From: a virus
Taxonomy: Duplodnaviria; Caudoviricetes
Virus record (IMG/VR): IMGVR_UViG_3300014205_000173
Strand: one strand, 5' to 3'
Length of the DNA stretch: 64,000 nucleotides
Of the stretch, positions 15,101-22,000 are shown piece by piece. The notes beneath the pieces are model-generated. The model worked only from the letters and a program-made list of their open reading frames with translations. It had not been told where the DNA came from and did not search any database. How positions within the stretch are numbered: the first letter of the stretch is position 1; the number at the start of each line of letters is the position of its first letter. The position numbers were made by a program, and so were the translations under genes.

Positions 15101-18100
15101 AGGGGCATACACTGTATTTACGTTTTGAATCCAAGGATCATTTTGTCCTGAAGATGCTCCAAATGAAGTTATATCAAAAGAAACTTCTGTTGATGTAGAA
15201 AACTCCTGTATATCTTTAAACTTATGTTTTAACTGCATTAGCAATGTTAAAAGATTACTTGTTCTTATCCCGTCCATTTCGTAAGTAAGACCCATTGTTT
15301 CTAAAGAAAAAGAATCTTCAATTTCTTTGTGAGTATACTTTCCGGTATCTGTTATGTGCGAATCTTTTACTGTTATTCTTACTATATCTTCTATATTTAA
15401 TGATTTGTTAAAGTTAAATTTAGCGTTATCTTTTGTCCAATATTCTAACAAATCTATTCCATTTAAATTTAAAGAAATTTTTTCTATATCTTTTGAAGAA
15501 ATATCAAAATCTTCAATAAGTGAAAACGTTTTATATTTAGACGCAATTGTTATTGAATCTTCTATGCTTTGTGTTGAACTAAATTGTATTGATTGTCTAA
15601 ATGGATCAAAAGAATATGTTTCTACATTATTGGTTTCATACAATTCAGATTGAGGTATTCCATTAATAAGACCTAATGGTTCTAGTTTTGAATAAACCTC
15701 TACAACTAAATCTTGTGGAATTTGGCTAAAATCAGCAGAGTATCCGTTTCCACCTTCTACAACAATATAATTTCTATCACCTTCAATTCCAAATCCTATT
15801 ATTTTTAAAGGGTTTTTCTCATAAGCCCCACCAGCACCATCTGGAAAATATATCCAATCTCCTTCTTCAAGACCTTCAACCGCATTTGATATTTCGAACC
15901 CAAACGCATATCCGTATTCAGATAAAGACTCAAAACTACCAACGCCATAACCCATTTCAAATGAGTCAAAATCAAAAACATCAAAATAATTTAAATCTAA
16001 TCCATAACCATATCCGTAACCATATCCATAAGATCCATTTTCTTTTATTACATAAATTTTATTTTGAACAGAATCTACTCCAACAATTTTTAAATATTGT
16101 TTAGCTGAATTAAAAAAATTCTTATCTTCTGGCTGTCCAAGAAGTTGTGTTATATTTCTCCACGAACTACCCTTATCTGTAGATTGAAAAACACCATATT
16201 TACCTAAAGAAAATACAACATCGTCTGTTGTTGAAAGGGAATCTTCTTTATATATTCTATATGACGGATACAGTAAATCATTTATTGATGTTACATAATC
16301 TAAATTTTCAGATCTATTATACTCTACTGGTATTAAAGAATAATCAAATGACAGACTAAAAATTCCATCATCTGCTGATAAAACAAACTCGTCATTAATT
16401 ACCCTAATATCATTTAAGTCTTTTGAAGAACTAAAAGCTTCAGAAAATGTACAAGAATCAATTTCGTAGTTTACGCTAGAAATTGAAGTAAATGTTTGAT
16501 TAGAAACATATAGGTTTTCTGTTGTTAGAATAAAAAGCCTTGAATCATAAAACATTACTTCTATTGGAGTCCCCGAAAAAACAAAAGAATGTTTTGTCCA
16601 CTCTTTAATCATTCCAGATCTATAGAAAGACCCCTCTTTTTTTGGAAACGTTTTAGATAAAGTTCCCTGAAGTGCTATTTGTGCAGAATACGGAGAAGTT
16701 AAATTATATTGTATTAATGATATTTGTTTTTTTTCTACAAGCTTGTTTCCGAAAAATATTAAAATATCACCACTGTCTACTAATTTATTTGTTAGTCCAT
16801 CCCAAATAGTATTGGGCTCAAAAGTAATAGATGTTAATTGTGTGGTATTTGAAGGTATTGTAGATTCAAATCTATATTTTCCTATAGAGTTAAAATAAAG
16901 AGACCCTTCCTCTCCAACAAAAATAATGTCATTAGATAATTCGTCTTCATAATTTAAAGAAAATATCTTTGTTGCAGTTGTCCAAGTAGGCTCTCCAGTA
17001 ACATCAACCCACGTATATTGATTATCAACATAATCAAAACAATACACTTTTCCACTATCAGTTAAGATATATACTGTTTTTTCTAGATTTAAAATTCCCT
17101 TTCCAGAAACGGCAGAAACTATTCCACCTATAGAATCTACTTTCGAGTAATATATGTTATTTGTTCTTATATCTGACGGAGAATCTCCGGTTGTGTTCAG
17201 TACCTGTAATATCTTAGGAACCGGATCTGCTGTAGAACTTAAATTTATATTTGACCAAGAAATTGCAACAACAAACTTTTCGCTTATTAAAAAAATTAAA
17301 TCCCAATTATTTGTTGTTGGAGAATTAGCCGTTTTTACTGGTAAAACACAAAAAGGGGAATCAAACTCCTTTAGGTTATCCGAGGTATCAAAATTTATAT
17401 TTTTCCACCCTTCAAAATATTGACCCAAAGTTGATCCCATCAAAAAACCTTTTCTTGTTTCACTACTTTTTTGGCTTTCATCAAATGGAACAACATAGTA
17501 TAAAAGTCCATCTTTCGTACACAAATGAACTATTTGTTTTGAAGGAGTAATCCCAACACCGGGAAGTATTTTTGGTTGACCAAAAATATCAAAACAATTT
17601 CTTCCTGTCATTTTTTTATTATATACAGGAAAAAATTCTTTAAGAAAATTTTTATCTATATTTTCCGTTTGATGAACAAACTCTTCCCCTGAAGATGGAT
17701 TGTCAGGCTTCATTATCTCATTAAAAATACCAACGTGACTGAGCCTAGGGATTAAATCTTCATTAATTTTTCCAGATTTAATACTTTCTCCGCTAATCTC
17801 TATATCTATTTTTTCTTGAGACGGATTTGTTTGGGAAATAATAAGTTTGTTTTTTATTTGTGTATAGTTATTTTTTACATAAAAAACTAATTGAACAGTA
17901 TCTGTAGAATCAAGTTTTTGAGAAAACTCTAAAGTTATTGTACTTCCACTGTCTGTTATTGTTACTGGATCTGTATTAAGAAACCCATTAATAAAAATAT
18001 CTAAATCATAAGTTCCGCTATCAAAAGAAAATCCATAATATTCACTAAAAGATTTTCCGTTTATTTTTTTATCAAAAATATATGTTTTATTATCAGTGTT

Positions 18101-19063
18101 TGTAGCATATCCAATCAATCCAGTTTGTGTTGTTAAAAGAATTTTTTCAGGACTTTTTGTAGAAAAATCATTGGTATGTTTGTGTTCTAAAAGATTTTTA
18201 TAAATAAAACTATCTGCCGATTTTGTAAAAACAGAAACCCTAATTGAACTATCTATTTTTATAATAGAAGTATCATCTGTTTCAATGTCTGAAAGTGCCA
18301 ATCCATATTTTGGCTCTATCCTAACCGTTATACTGTCTTCTCGGTGAAGTGGATTCTCAAAAATAAGAGTTTTACCATTTACTTCAAACCCATCATAATA
18401 TGGCTTTCCATTAACAAACGCTACAATTTTCTGCGTATTTGGATTGTACTCTCCATCTATTATAAAGTTTTTTATTGGATAATCAATGTCGTTTGGACTT
18501 GGTGTAGTATTTCTATATGGTCCTGTTTTACCAGAAAGCTCACTATTGCCAACAGATGGGCTAATTGTTATTTCTGTAAAATCATCCCACTCAATCAACT
18601 TATCCTCAGTAACTATTCCCTGAAGATCTTGAGCTTGAATTTTTCTTATTGATTCTGGGCTAAGTCCAACAAAAACAACGCTTTTTCTATTTACCCCAAC
18701 GGCAGAAGATATGTTAATTTCTGTTTTTGTTCTTATTGCTAAATAATAAGTTTCTTTAACAACTTCTCCGGTTTTTTCGTCAAAAATTTTATTTCCGGTT
18801 AAAACATCTATTTTATCTTGTACAAATGGTATTATTCCTATTCCTGGAGAAATAGTTAACCCTAGATTTCCATTGGTTGTATTTTGAAAAACTTCCCACC
18901 CATTAAGAATTCCACCACCAGTAATCTTCAAAAGAGATTCTAATTGATTTTCTATTGTTTGAAATCTCTTATAATCTGCATCAGAATAATATAGATCGCC
19001 GTCATCAAAAAACTCCATTCTATACGTTGGTGTTTTTTTTAGCTCTGGTCTTTGTCTAATCAT
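164..19063 (-). CDS. Giant (6299 aa) tail fibre/appendage protein with multiple BNR/Asp-box beta-propellers, Reg_prop-like blades, FN3-like and VxxNG beta repeats
   Basis: About 12 S-x-[DN]-x-G-x-x-W boxes (STDKGSSW, SYDYGNNW, SRDRGLTW, SLDGGDSW, SNDDGNIW, SINSGISW, SNDNGIKW, STNDGTSW, SIDFGLSW); IFKDSNDAYWIAT/IFEDNFGRIWLAL blades; HKH motif; N-terminus homologous to the 1403-aa protein; no signal peptide; lies downstream of the tape measure gene. Confidence 0.75.
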   Translation of the reverse strand: MIRQRPELKKTPTYRMEFFDDGDLYYSDADYKRFQTIENQLESLLKITGGGILNGWEVFQNTTNGNLGLTISPGIGIIPFVQDKIDVLTGNKIFDEKTGEVVKETYYLAIRTKTEINISSAVGVNRKSVVFVGLSPESIRKIQAQDLQGIVTEDKLIEWDDFTEITISPSVGNSELSGKTGPYRNTTPSPNDIDYPIKNFIIDGEYNPNTQKIVAFVNGKPYYDGFEVNGKTLIFENPLHREDSITVRIEPKYGLALSDIETDDTSIIKIDSSIRVSVFTKSADSFIYKNLLEHKHTNDFSTKSPEKILLTTQTGLIGYATNTDNKTYIFDKKINGKSFSEYYGFSFDSGTYDLDIFINGFLNTDPVTITDSGSTITLEFSQKLDSTDTVQLVFYVKNNYTQIKNKLIISQTNPSQEKIDIEISGESIKSGKINEDLIPRLSHVGIFNEIMKPDNPSSGEEFVHQTENIDKNFLKEFFPVYNKKMTGRNCFDIFGQPKILPGVGITPSKQIVHLCTKDGLLYYVVPFDESQKSSETRKGFLMGSTLGQYFEGWKNINFDTSDNLKEFDSPFCVLPVKTANSPTTNNWDLIFLISEKFVVAISWSNINLSSTADPVPKILQVLNTTGDSPSDIRTNNIYYSKVDSIGGIVSAVSGKGILNLEKTVYILTDSGKVYCFDYVDNQYTWVDVTGEPTWTTATKIFSLNYEDELSNDIIFVGEEGSLYFNSIGKYRFESTIPSNTTQLTSITFEPNTIWDGLTNKLVDSGDILIFFGNKLVEKKQISLIQYNLTSPYSAQIALQGTLSKTFPKKEGSFYRSGMIKEWTKHSFVFSGTPIEVMFYDSRLFILTTENLYVSNQTFTSISSVNYEIDSCTFSEAFSSSKDLNDIRVINDEFVLSADDGIFSLSFDYSLIPVEYNRSENLDYVTSINDLLYPSYRIYKEDSLSTTDDVVFSLGKYGVFQSTDKGSSWRNITQLLGQPEDKNFFNSAKQYLKIVGVDSVQNKIYVIKENGSYGYGYGYGYGLDLNYFDVFDFDSFEMGYGVGSFESLSEYGYAFGFEISNAVEGLEEGDWIYFPDGAGGAYEKNPLKIIGFGIEGDRNYIVVEGGNGYSADFSQIPQDLVVEVYSKLEPLGLINGIPQSELYETNNVETYSFDPFRQSIQFSSTQSIEDSITIASKYKTFSLIEDFDISSKDIEKISLNLNGIDLLEYWTKDNAKFNFNKSLNIEDIVRITVKDSHITDTGKYTHKEIEDSFSLETMGLTYEMDGIRTSNLLTLLMQLKHKFKDIQEFSTSTEVSFDITSFGASSGQNDPWIQNVNTVYAPGAFVGRSITFSKNNKNYKYTISANTLHRFYIQRVYCYEYFVANGSESTFTLLKGEGKQGTFTVFKNGNKLTSSDFTENLLSDNVISIELVSATLNGDNIFIKYINTDDDFEISTLFENLQSVTIPAMDNSITSKLTNIFVSNYRDNDFIIDLDRSFIENEIYSENSTDIGDVDYVLFYVFNDSVNNKFYAGTDENIWIRDVNSIIYSKTGVILETLNPIGNSSFDEKIDGAYIQYNNETNEWTVIWGGQPVISDINLDISTVKVNNVIVVDDKICFAGTDRGFYRTLSGSNTWEYVWNTIFDKNTKDSPEILNLVLDDKHPWILNAILESGLYRSYDYGNNWIWLAGNSEKTFTTFSYQKDLSDSRSVYYYGNDSLFVKKYSSETENISSKTNEISTDLLFGSNFISSSILKIVNNKSDVDKVYFGMNFLGVYSSELLGGSGNIARTNFSANNYGTASNSISFDSIGIEKTGALHDSYSPAINYSLYVSSEKTDTKRMFYQVDVDPVVAKVLEDHKFVDYFAKMPDGKFYKILDNYDRGPVYEFNYLLNDKNETLDVRRMEFVLEGTYPYFANRSGANIDSESGDYWYSTNEPFGEALNTISISFTKESNGEDSRVMLGSFDDKNAYAVKSTIWTDSNTSEDETVLIVDYETVSEIPLEYQTEDALSGYYVGNPKNKLFYKVYNSKVLGVLDQYYDGEASPARGQLALRIEKKEDSDEANWNTIYKTEDPYYLWHKYFGLEIHNNWRAILRDPSSVNSSPDFYNDFEYDFTTSNTQKIFSSNLEGRTYVVYDDLFEDGKNQASILLSYEDELSTDYSVDNSLLGFIIKDPSCNYEYEVTASKKLVSGDTYYSANYHRVQCRIERYDGSYDKISLYSDGSYSDIQTDRIKLTNRVGLNEENLIGSFVYFEKRPFITFRVKEIDGDYIVVDSTNLNSFVQEGEILKCKYQIEERTCKDLVITSSGKLFTVSDNFVYTDRSTDTQKWYCISDGLELNPDTNLPYAKFSSLCFDNTGNYLYAASPTNIYGGVYVHDSSTTNTDFTKILSDSDLINNEKITSIDLYRDISNLILYLGTSDNGVFKGVSDALNPLTSIWTWTKIVFPENDISSIETVVDQDANIDLDRIWIGTDGSGIFKRDQISNSYLENSWIGNIPSEVSSKDINSSEWKVWRVNDGIDNLYPIVLDDDGSVVYEKIESPGTITNGIFDWDQQERYDKKLGNLYYVLDSGNINYITDSFGEGSGWNGNTIISESSRNKHKFSNVATSSVTNNERKKEEDLKGSGSVSPNSKTFFKFDFMFNGQNGESPYEEPFKHHPDKNSIVKIIPLSGGDTRLLVITDRDGVFLSGNAERYLLPEPLSGYLDDYTTYGYAFSETQFDEAQDELIEYPGYRYTNQGYSKDFSENTKFNKLLEKLFMFEIDSTHPAYSDIGSFISAYGSESLLNSYLIISKGVDEVGGIKDPITFIVKSVELSGLKYKIKLSIGRQNSQSEGNFSILENPTYPVDNYIGFSWENGFSWDGYDRFVFMDAQEYVKINNGLPSDFNALDIGGEKTLEILIRDAVEDGSNGVYLACGINGVYYCPDVTVVSPTWSQLSGSSDKYAISIAYGTADDGTLYVGTIKEGVWRYVLLTTTWYQYTGLEKHPQVWCLYADGKTVYAGTEHGGVYSSGDSVIFVRMSGCVRSKIFSWKTVGVPPRKEDVLNNSVFDYSENYNLLSYSYGGGIMVSRDRGLTWEQANNGLKNLYVQEVSICPNNSNIVYAATCGGGVFKSINAFDESGGVTSIVWESCSTEFLPITLNVDEVSVGTNPNIIYIKCRVNDFSIKDSPNRIKKYLFGKPLINSDDLSSGELLWVYDSPENLITDGKSYYPYCPYDFGTRKHVIYKSLDGGDSWQSVYDIELVSSGISENIFKSENMISGLTVVHGGSDEIKFISSYKIEYKLGSNNYFFEKMSYTTMTFDADNNFVFSEKEIPASDFRLFGELLMTPSLLKSEGHLSINPKDKNEVFLTIQYNDAFSRFVKVPILYSNDDGNIWERRVSVFNSETTPGFNSPVQFSTRQTSQDIDFNVSYLSEYSESLTLEGIYTKRGFNEESFLWDSVRDLARVDNKFINIDFQTNDQWNNSSYKLNLFLDANKIPRPFTLKDATLIADNVNEPNNIYTVENSGYGEYYHRNTNSSLNSQTTTLKLNSAFNGDSLIVGETSTCLLSNLTSFKIPYSEASLNTILSKENLLVGREISFGENTYTIAFHRVYNDLVIGQQYVELILIGDAVANLSGIFSINIGSPIYSNYNNKLYVSINSGISWSEVDTDFDISSFKIIDIEDVPGEFIGNTFDRVFFAAFILGNEYKLRVGTINDSRYVDGSRSAIEWTDISLPVTFENILGSGLKFVNSQYGNFLFVTSSNSIIKKQIDTNSANLLTGEWIEVRSESEITYPIVVSETNNDRMAFISNNRILVSKDSFTSESSSYKGEFLPGEDSSNYLVSKILLNPSGENEDEIFVSINNPREAFTASASILSLNVSENTNEITISNSGSFGSNPFIPENIWVKRPVIFRENGINFSFSSKIVESQGNKLVLLPTIIFNISGVEYSPLINETKITGTVSNTNENILIEDYNGNIFICYTDTEEIIRGRVSRISLEEDTVILSLNGDYAIEFTNRNIDFSLDVLLKIGSVEDILGFEGMVPESQFGNFVVSSSRPSSSNSNNGIYISNAFGVDWNQISVSESNGFVDGCVDFNVNDNGSINAVVTNGNSTRIFINDSWIPSENIKKVDVDSFGNLYFITDNGYCKTTLDLDSPNESVFKTNTFLDCKEFFIENKDIVVVDTDDNIYSNNKDSFVFNGSELFVPSNRNIKNINKIFKDSNDAYWIATESDGVNVFIGSNFYNFGVIEIGSLNVFDIFEDNFGRIWLALGADGISVISYVIENGSITNYTVERYSESSGFKGEVKAISQTNGLDYISSGENSPPGIFLTWANNSSVYPNSLLSRSKSEIRPVYEDRVYNINQTLGQIFSIQEDTISVDGENFLAWKIVAQNFSVTSGQSIGTNSLVNQYMLVNVRENDISRKVLANALDTVYVERVDGESEISSSGKNFLITEMVGEDHCILFSGDSNSINSSINDVSLICPDTYYYYLDFYDASGRRVEIDSKKISISLTDQFAQNASRIVVATTKGLWSFEGGPTPFIVKNQFNEAENITNIFVDTSNILYVSAGDILIQVTDNNRVDFGKNDLFSDNLLGVENKVLEVRNVIEGLSQEIIIATSIGLCIKRSDGTFLSFIEEDPRTIYREDKFNIGSWRPVYVLSGNPISSDFFVDKTSTSGMYSYSNIILNTVNNGRRWNEVVLLPYEIKGVLEIENSLGTIIDYVMFSENLISSTGEDSVLEDFDFISNRENIKVFDRTSSIGSPSHIYLSEASSVSENPIIFAGVFDNRITETEVEICKIKFNSQNDTNQDPTEIVGLPTNIGSAEGLSIQTIYRITKDSVSGDFYAGGKDNILILENGSSIWHPFEFSEENDSDIIEHCYTDLVVRNDSTALECSVVIYATRSALYGKITHDFVILRPQEVDLEKRITSIDVKQSFIENLSWVDRPGMNSYNWEATNHFTIGNHRGAICFLNAINVILVGGFDNKLFLMPFTSDRNDEIKNYHKKVSLISGRRNREATQLTITSQLDTWTQIFSGRKDLYDSKFMPRNSWGINFSEDSDETEVGIVSYLIFGQNSNYFETYYEHTPALNSSFLYRSYGCDMMFWEPFIVPNQPNGIFSDFKYYDGTLYSTSIYGSGKDNVGLFAIDLTTGWDKQDRSLTGNEQQYFNIPINEITVTENLIIPTLGFGIHQYDSLTFSGLESRFFTQYGIEYGRWNITCISQDPNNQNRVVVGTSNRGLMNGIYNSIDGGTTFRWEWSCDQFGFESGNITCAEILSVNSDIILVGVKDDGLYIKDSETKVYAKSTEGLPTTGDVVQIRINSFVSKTENSVQIENNGETILIIRSSYENPKENPTNAQEYSVGNEIFNSEVVYIGLDNFSESLYVDNDITLKSGIPYFYRIYDIGIGNIYTERDRMQGLTSELDGLNVYISGNVFSGKDLTGRILSVNTVIVRPLCFEISYNSYDSQTGLTTVGLVSDIYRIINQGNANIFDRFSVPYRVESTLIKKPRIVKPIWMVFKEQGSLYSKVYISNDNGIKWVEKTNGIPSNADILNIEISETEETRNFIKHVLYISTDIGIYYSTNDGTSWAKLSLDSNGLPDTGYKQVLVDTQDFRILYAITSTEDIYRSIDFGLSWNLILNCGSGLNKYSIVSEFSNSIFLGFDSLGIKKYYDPIREEFNVQVDSDSLITNVTFDNFEMGDEIFTDSNTIIAKTYPKNDNILSNFEKITFKTDDLTKYLTFKISRKEEKFGLDEIKIGQDEVNPLTIPFLLQNPEYDSGYIKVNKIGKLDSDENFAISNKGVHTTSNNGTTWQKLTSSFIPSNIKDLISLSDNSIILATDNGLWSSDVDRVNYRNVEQLDSEINVIWESVDKGVRRIFRGGENGLYITVERPISKTIITYSGDISIKKSIQFSWGSISNPNDGGWTDKTEEMLSKSVWAKSSMSSSLLEYKGWDSALIVRYGPFSTFEIAESYSNGVWLPENGSVYPNGFSSPESGFSFGKSAKFENSDSGLLFEESSNQKKYVGSQDSITYHTNGVIFIGDFPNVNSPNNYPQGKNYPTTDFPIIDRVDATIGEARRIEADGSFSITSTGYLENKADIRAYEDLITNGSSMTNKELLTALREDSDYKKQLAPILKSNMYYAYRVFPYRLIPDPTEIDGSGSFLTTPRYKRATGDLVDSFSFIVDIEKFSGSKRILCGVSTLSGNWIVGTNSGLFYSTENGQNVIKSQNLSSNLVGYKFVSMIYTSSNVVLAVAVSNSLNDIRFVRNSSDFTNESFDSNWEFLNNLSSLLDDVGANIVFNLEESNGKIYISTNKGVFLGNEDGTEWKFIGRVGNLESISGGKVLGQEFIIE
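15893..16036 (-). repeat. Gly-Tyr tag, copy in the 6299-aa protein
   Basis: GSYGYGYGYGYGLDLNYFDV...GYGVGSFE..SEYGYAFGFE. Confidence 0.9.
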
Positions 19064-22000
19064 CCGTTATCAACTCTATCAATTAAATCTTTTACTTGGT
19101 CTCTTTCACCATCTGTTTCAAATAATATGGCCATTTCGTCAACGCTTGGAATACTTCCATCTGTAGAAATAAATCTTATTCCAATTCTAAATTTATTATT
19201 ACTTTGAACTCCTATCGAAGATAAAGAAAAAACTTCATTTGTTGGAATAATTGTATATTCATCAAAATTAGTAATAACTTTACCATTTACATCTTCTTCC
19301 GTAGAAATTCCAAATTGAATGTCACTTAAAGCTACTCCTGACGGACTTGTTGGAATATCTCCGTTGTATGTCAGTATACTTCTTACGATATTTGAAGTTA
19401 AATTAAATGTTGTTGTAAAGAAATTTACTGAGTTTTGCTTACTATATGTTATCGTAACATCATCTACTGTTGGAGTTACATCTTTTATTGAAGATTTTAA
19501 AATTATCTTAAACTGAATAAATCTTTTTAGTATTAAATTATTATTATTATCTACAGAAAGTTGTGAAAAGTCAACTAATTCCTGTCCAGAAATAGTAAAT
19601 GGATCTAAAATTTCAGTAACAGTTTCTGTTCCAATATTGTTCCAAGTTTTCAATAAAAGATCTTCTTCAGAAGATCCTGTTCTAACTTCAAACTCTACAG
19701 TGGTTCCTGTTGGTTTTGATGATGTCCAAGAAATTTCTTTCCAAAATCTAAAGTCAGATCCACCATCAAATACATTTGAGATATAGGTAGCTTGCGCTTC
19801 TTCTAGAATTTCACCGGCATATGTTGGTCTTGTCTCTGCTGGTATCGTAGAAGAAATTGTTGGTCTACTGTCATCTCCACTATCTCTATCAATTTTAATA
19901 GCCTGATAATTATAATATGATGTTATTTCTTCTGCGGTTGGAGACTCTTTAAATCCAACAACTGCTTTTAATAATTTTTCTTCAATTATATAATTTTCTT
20001 CAGGATCAACTTCCCAATCCTGTTTTGGGAATCTAGAATAGTCTTTATCAATAATTCTACCAAAAACACTCCTGTATGCTCTTGACATAAAATTCATATC
20101 TTCATTATTTGAGCCAACTAACGGGACAAAGAAGTAATTACCATCAGAATCTTCCCAACCGGGCTTTGAATAAAGAAGTCTCAAATAATTTTTGTAACTT
20201 TCTTCTGAAAACGTATTTTCAGTTAAATTTCTTAATCTTGCTGTGTGCCAACCACGAATTAAATAAACTTCCTTTTCTTTTTCTGTTTCCCCACTTGTTG
20301 AATTAAAATAAATTGACGTTATCTTTTTAACATATTCTCCATCTTCCTCAACATATCTTTCAACATCTTTTCCAAAAAAATCTATAGAAAAATCACTATA
20401 TGAATATAAATCCTTCTCTATTTTAAATATATATGTTCCATCCTTAGGAATATAAAAAGATCCAGTAGAAACTAAGGCGAATTTAATATTAAACTCATTC
20501 CAAAGAGACATGCTTGATCCTATTTTCTGATCAATAGGAGGTATTGGCAATCCATCTATTTTTGGCCACCATCCTCTGTCAAATTCCAAGCCAGTAGAAT
20601 CATCAATTCCATCCAACCCATCTACAACAACATTAAACACATAACTATCATCTGGTAAATATTCCGAGTCAACATTTAAAATTGTAGAAATATCACCAGA
20701 AACAACCAACAAATCACCATCTATTGAAATATTTTTTATTTCATTATCTATACTTCCTAAAGAAATGTTGTTTCCCAAACTATCAACTATTGAGTATGAT
20801 AAATTCCTCATAGTATAGTCTATTCCAGATTCATGCAAAACAACATAAGATTCATCTAAAGATGAATCATAAAATACTTTAAATATTTTTGCACTAACAG
20901 TATAGTTTTGACCAAAAACAAGTTTATTATAAAAATTTATACCAAGCAATTGATGGTGTTGTACTTGGTCTAATATAGTTTGTGGTGTAGAAATAAATCC
21001 TATATGAGAGTAACCTTGATATATCCTTGTTGTCCAACCTTCATTTGAAGATATGCCAGAAGAAGTATCATCAAATTCTGCTGGATCTATATATATGTAC
21101 TCATCTGATGTTCCAACAATAGCTGTTGGTGTTTGATTGTCTCCCGAAACTAAACTATCAACATCCGCTGTTATGTTTTTTGTTATTTTTAAAGAATCAT
21201 TTATTATTGAATTTACTGAAGAAGGAATTTCATCTTCAACTGGATAATAACCAAATTTTACAGTTCTATTTTCAGTATCAAAACTATCCTTTAGAGAATC
21301 TCTCCATCCTGTTCCACTTTTTGTAATAAAATTAATTTCTTCAATATCTTCAGTAATATATTGAAATTTTCTACTTAAAATTGTTGCAGCGATTCCTTCT
21401 TCATCCTCAATTAATATCCAAATTTTTTGTCTTAAAACGCTACTAATAGTAGTTCCGCCATCGCTATCAGCAGAGTAATCATCTGTCTGCAATCCATTTG
21501 AATCAAATCTAATTGATGGCGATAAATTATTTGATCTAAACACATCCAAAATTTTAAAAGAAAAATCTTGAGCAGAACCTATTATTAAGCTTTTCCCTAT
21601 AAACTCCTCTCTATTGTTATATATTTCTTTGGCAACAGGATTTGATCTTGCATAATTTTCTGTGTTTTCATCGAGAAACCCAATAAGAGTTCTAGGGGTA
21701 GATCCCGGGTTTACTGGAATATGAAAATTTTGAACATTTACAATATTGTTATTTTCACCAACACCCTGAGAATAATCTTCAGCAGTATCTGGGATATAAT
21801 GTCTAACGTCATTTGGATCAAAAAACCAATCAGGACCTTTATACCCAGAAGAAAATCCCTTTACCTTTATTGAAATTGGTCTTTTAAAATTCCATCCAAC
21901 AATAGAAGAATATGGTGAGTATACATTATAACTTAATCCATAATTATCACTAAATCCAATTAGCAGATCATTAACATATGGATGATTTATAAGTCCCCCT

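Noticed and set aside
164-19063. Intein, intron or RHS toxin within the giant ORF
   Set aside because: No Hint/LAGLIDADG motifs, YD repeats or RHS core signature recognised.
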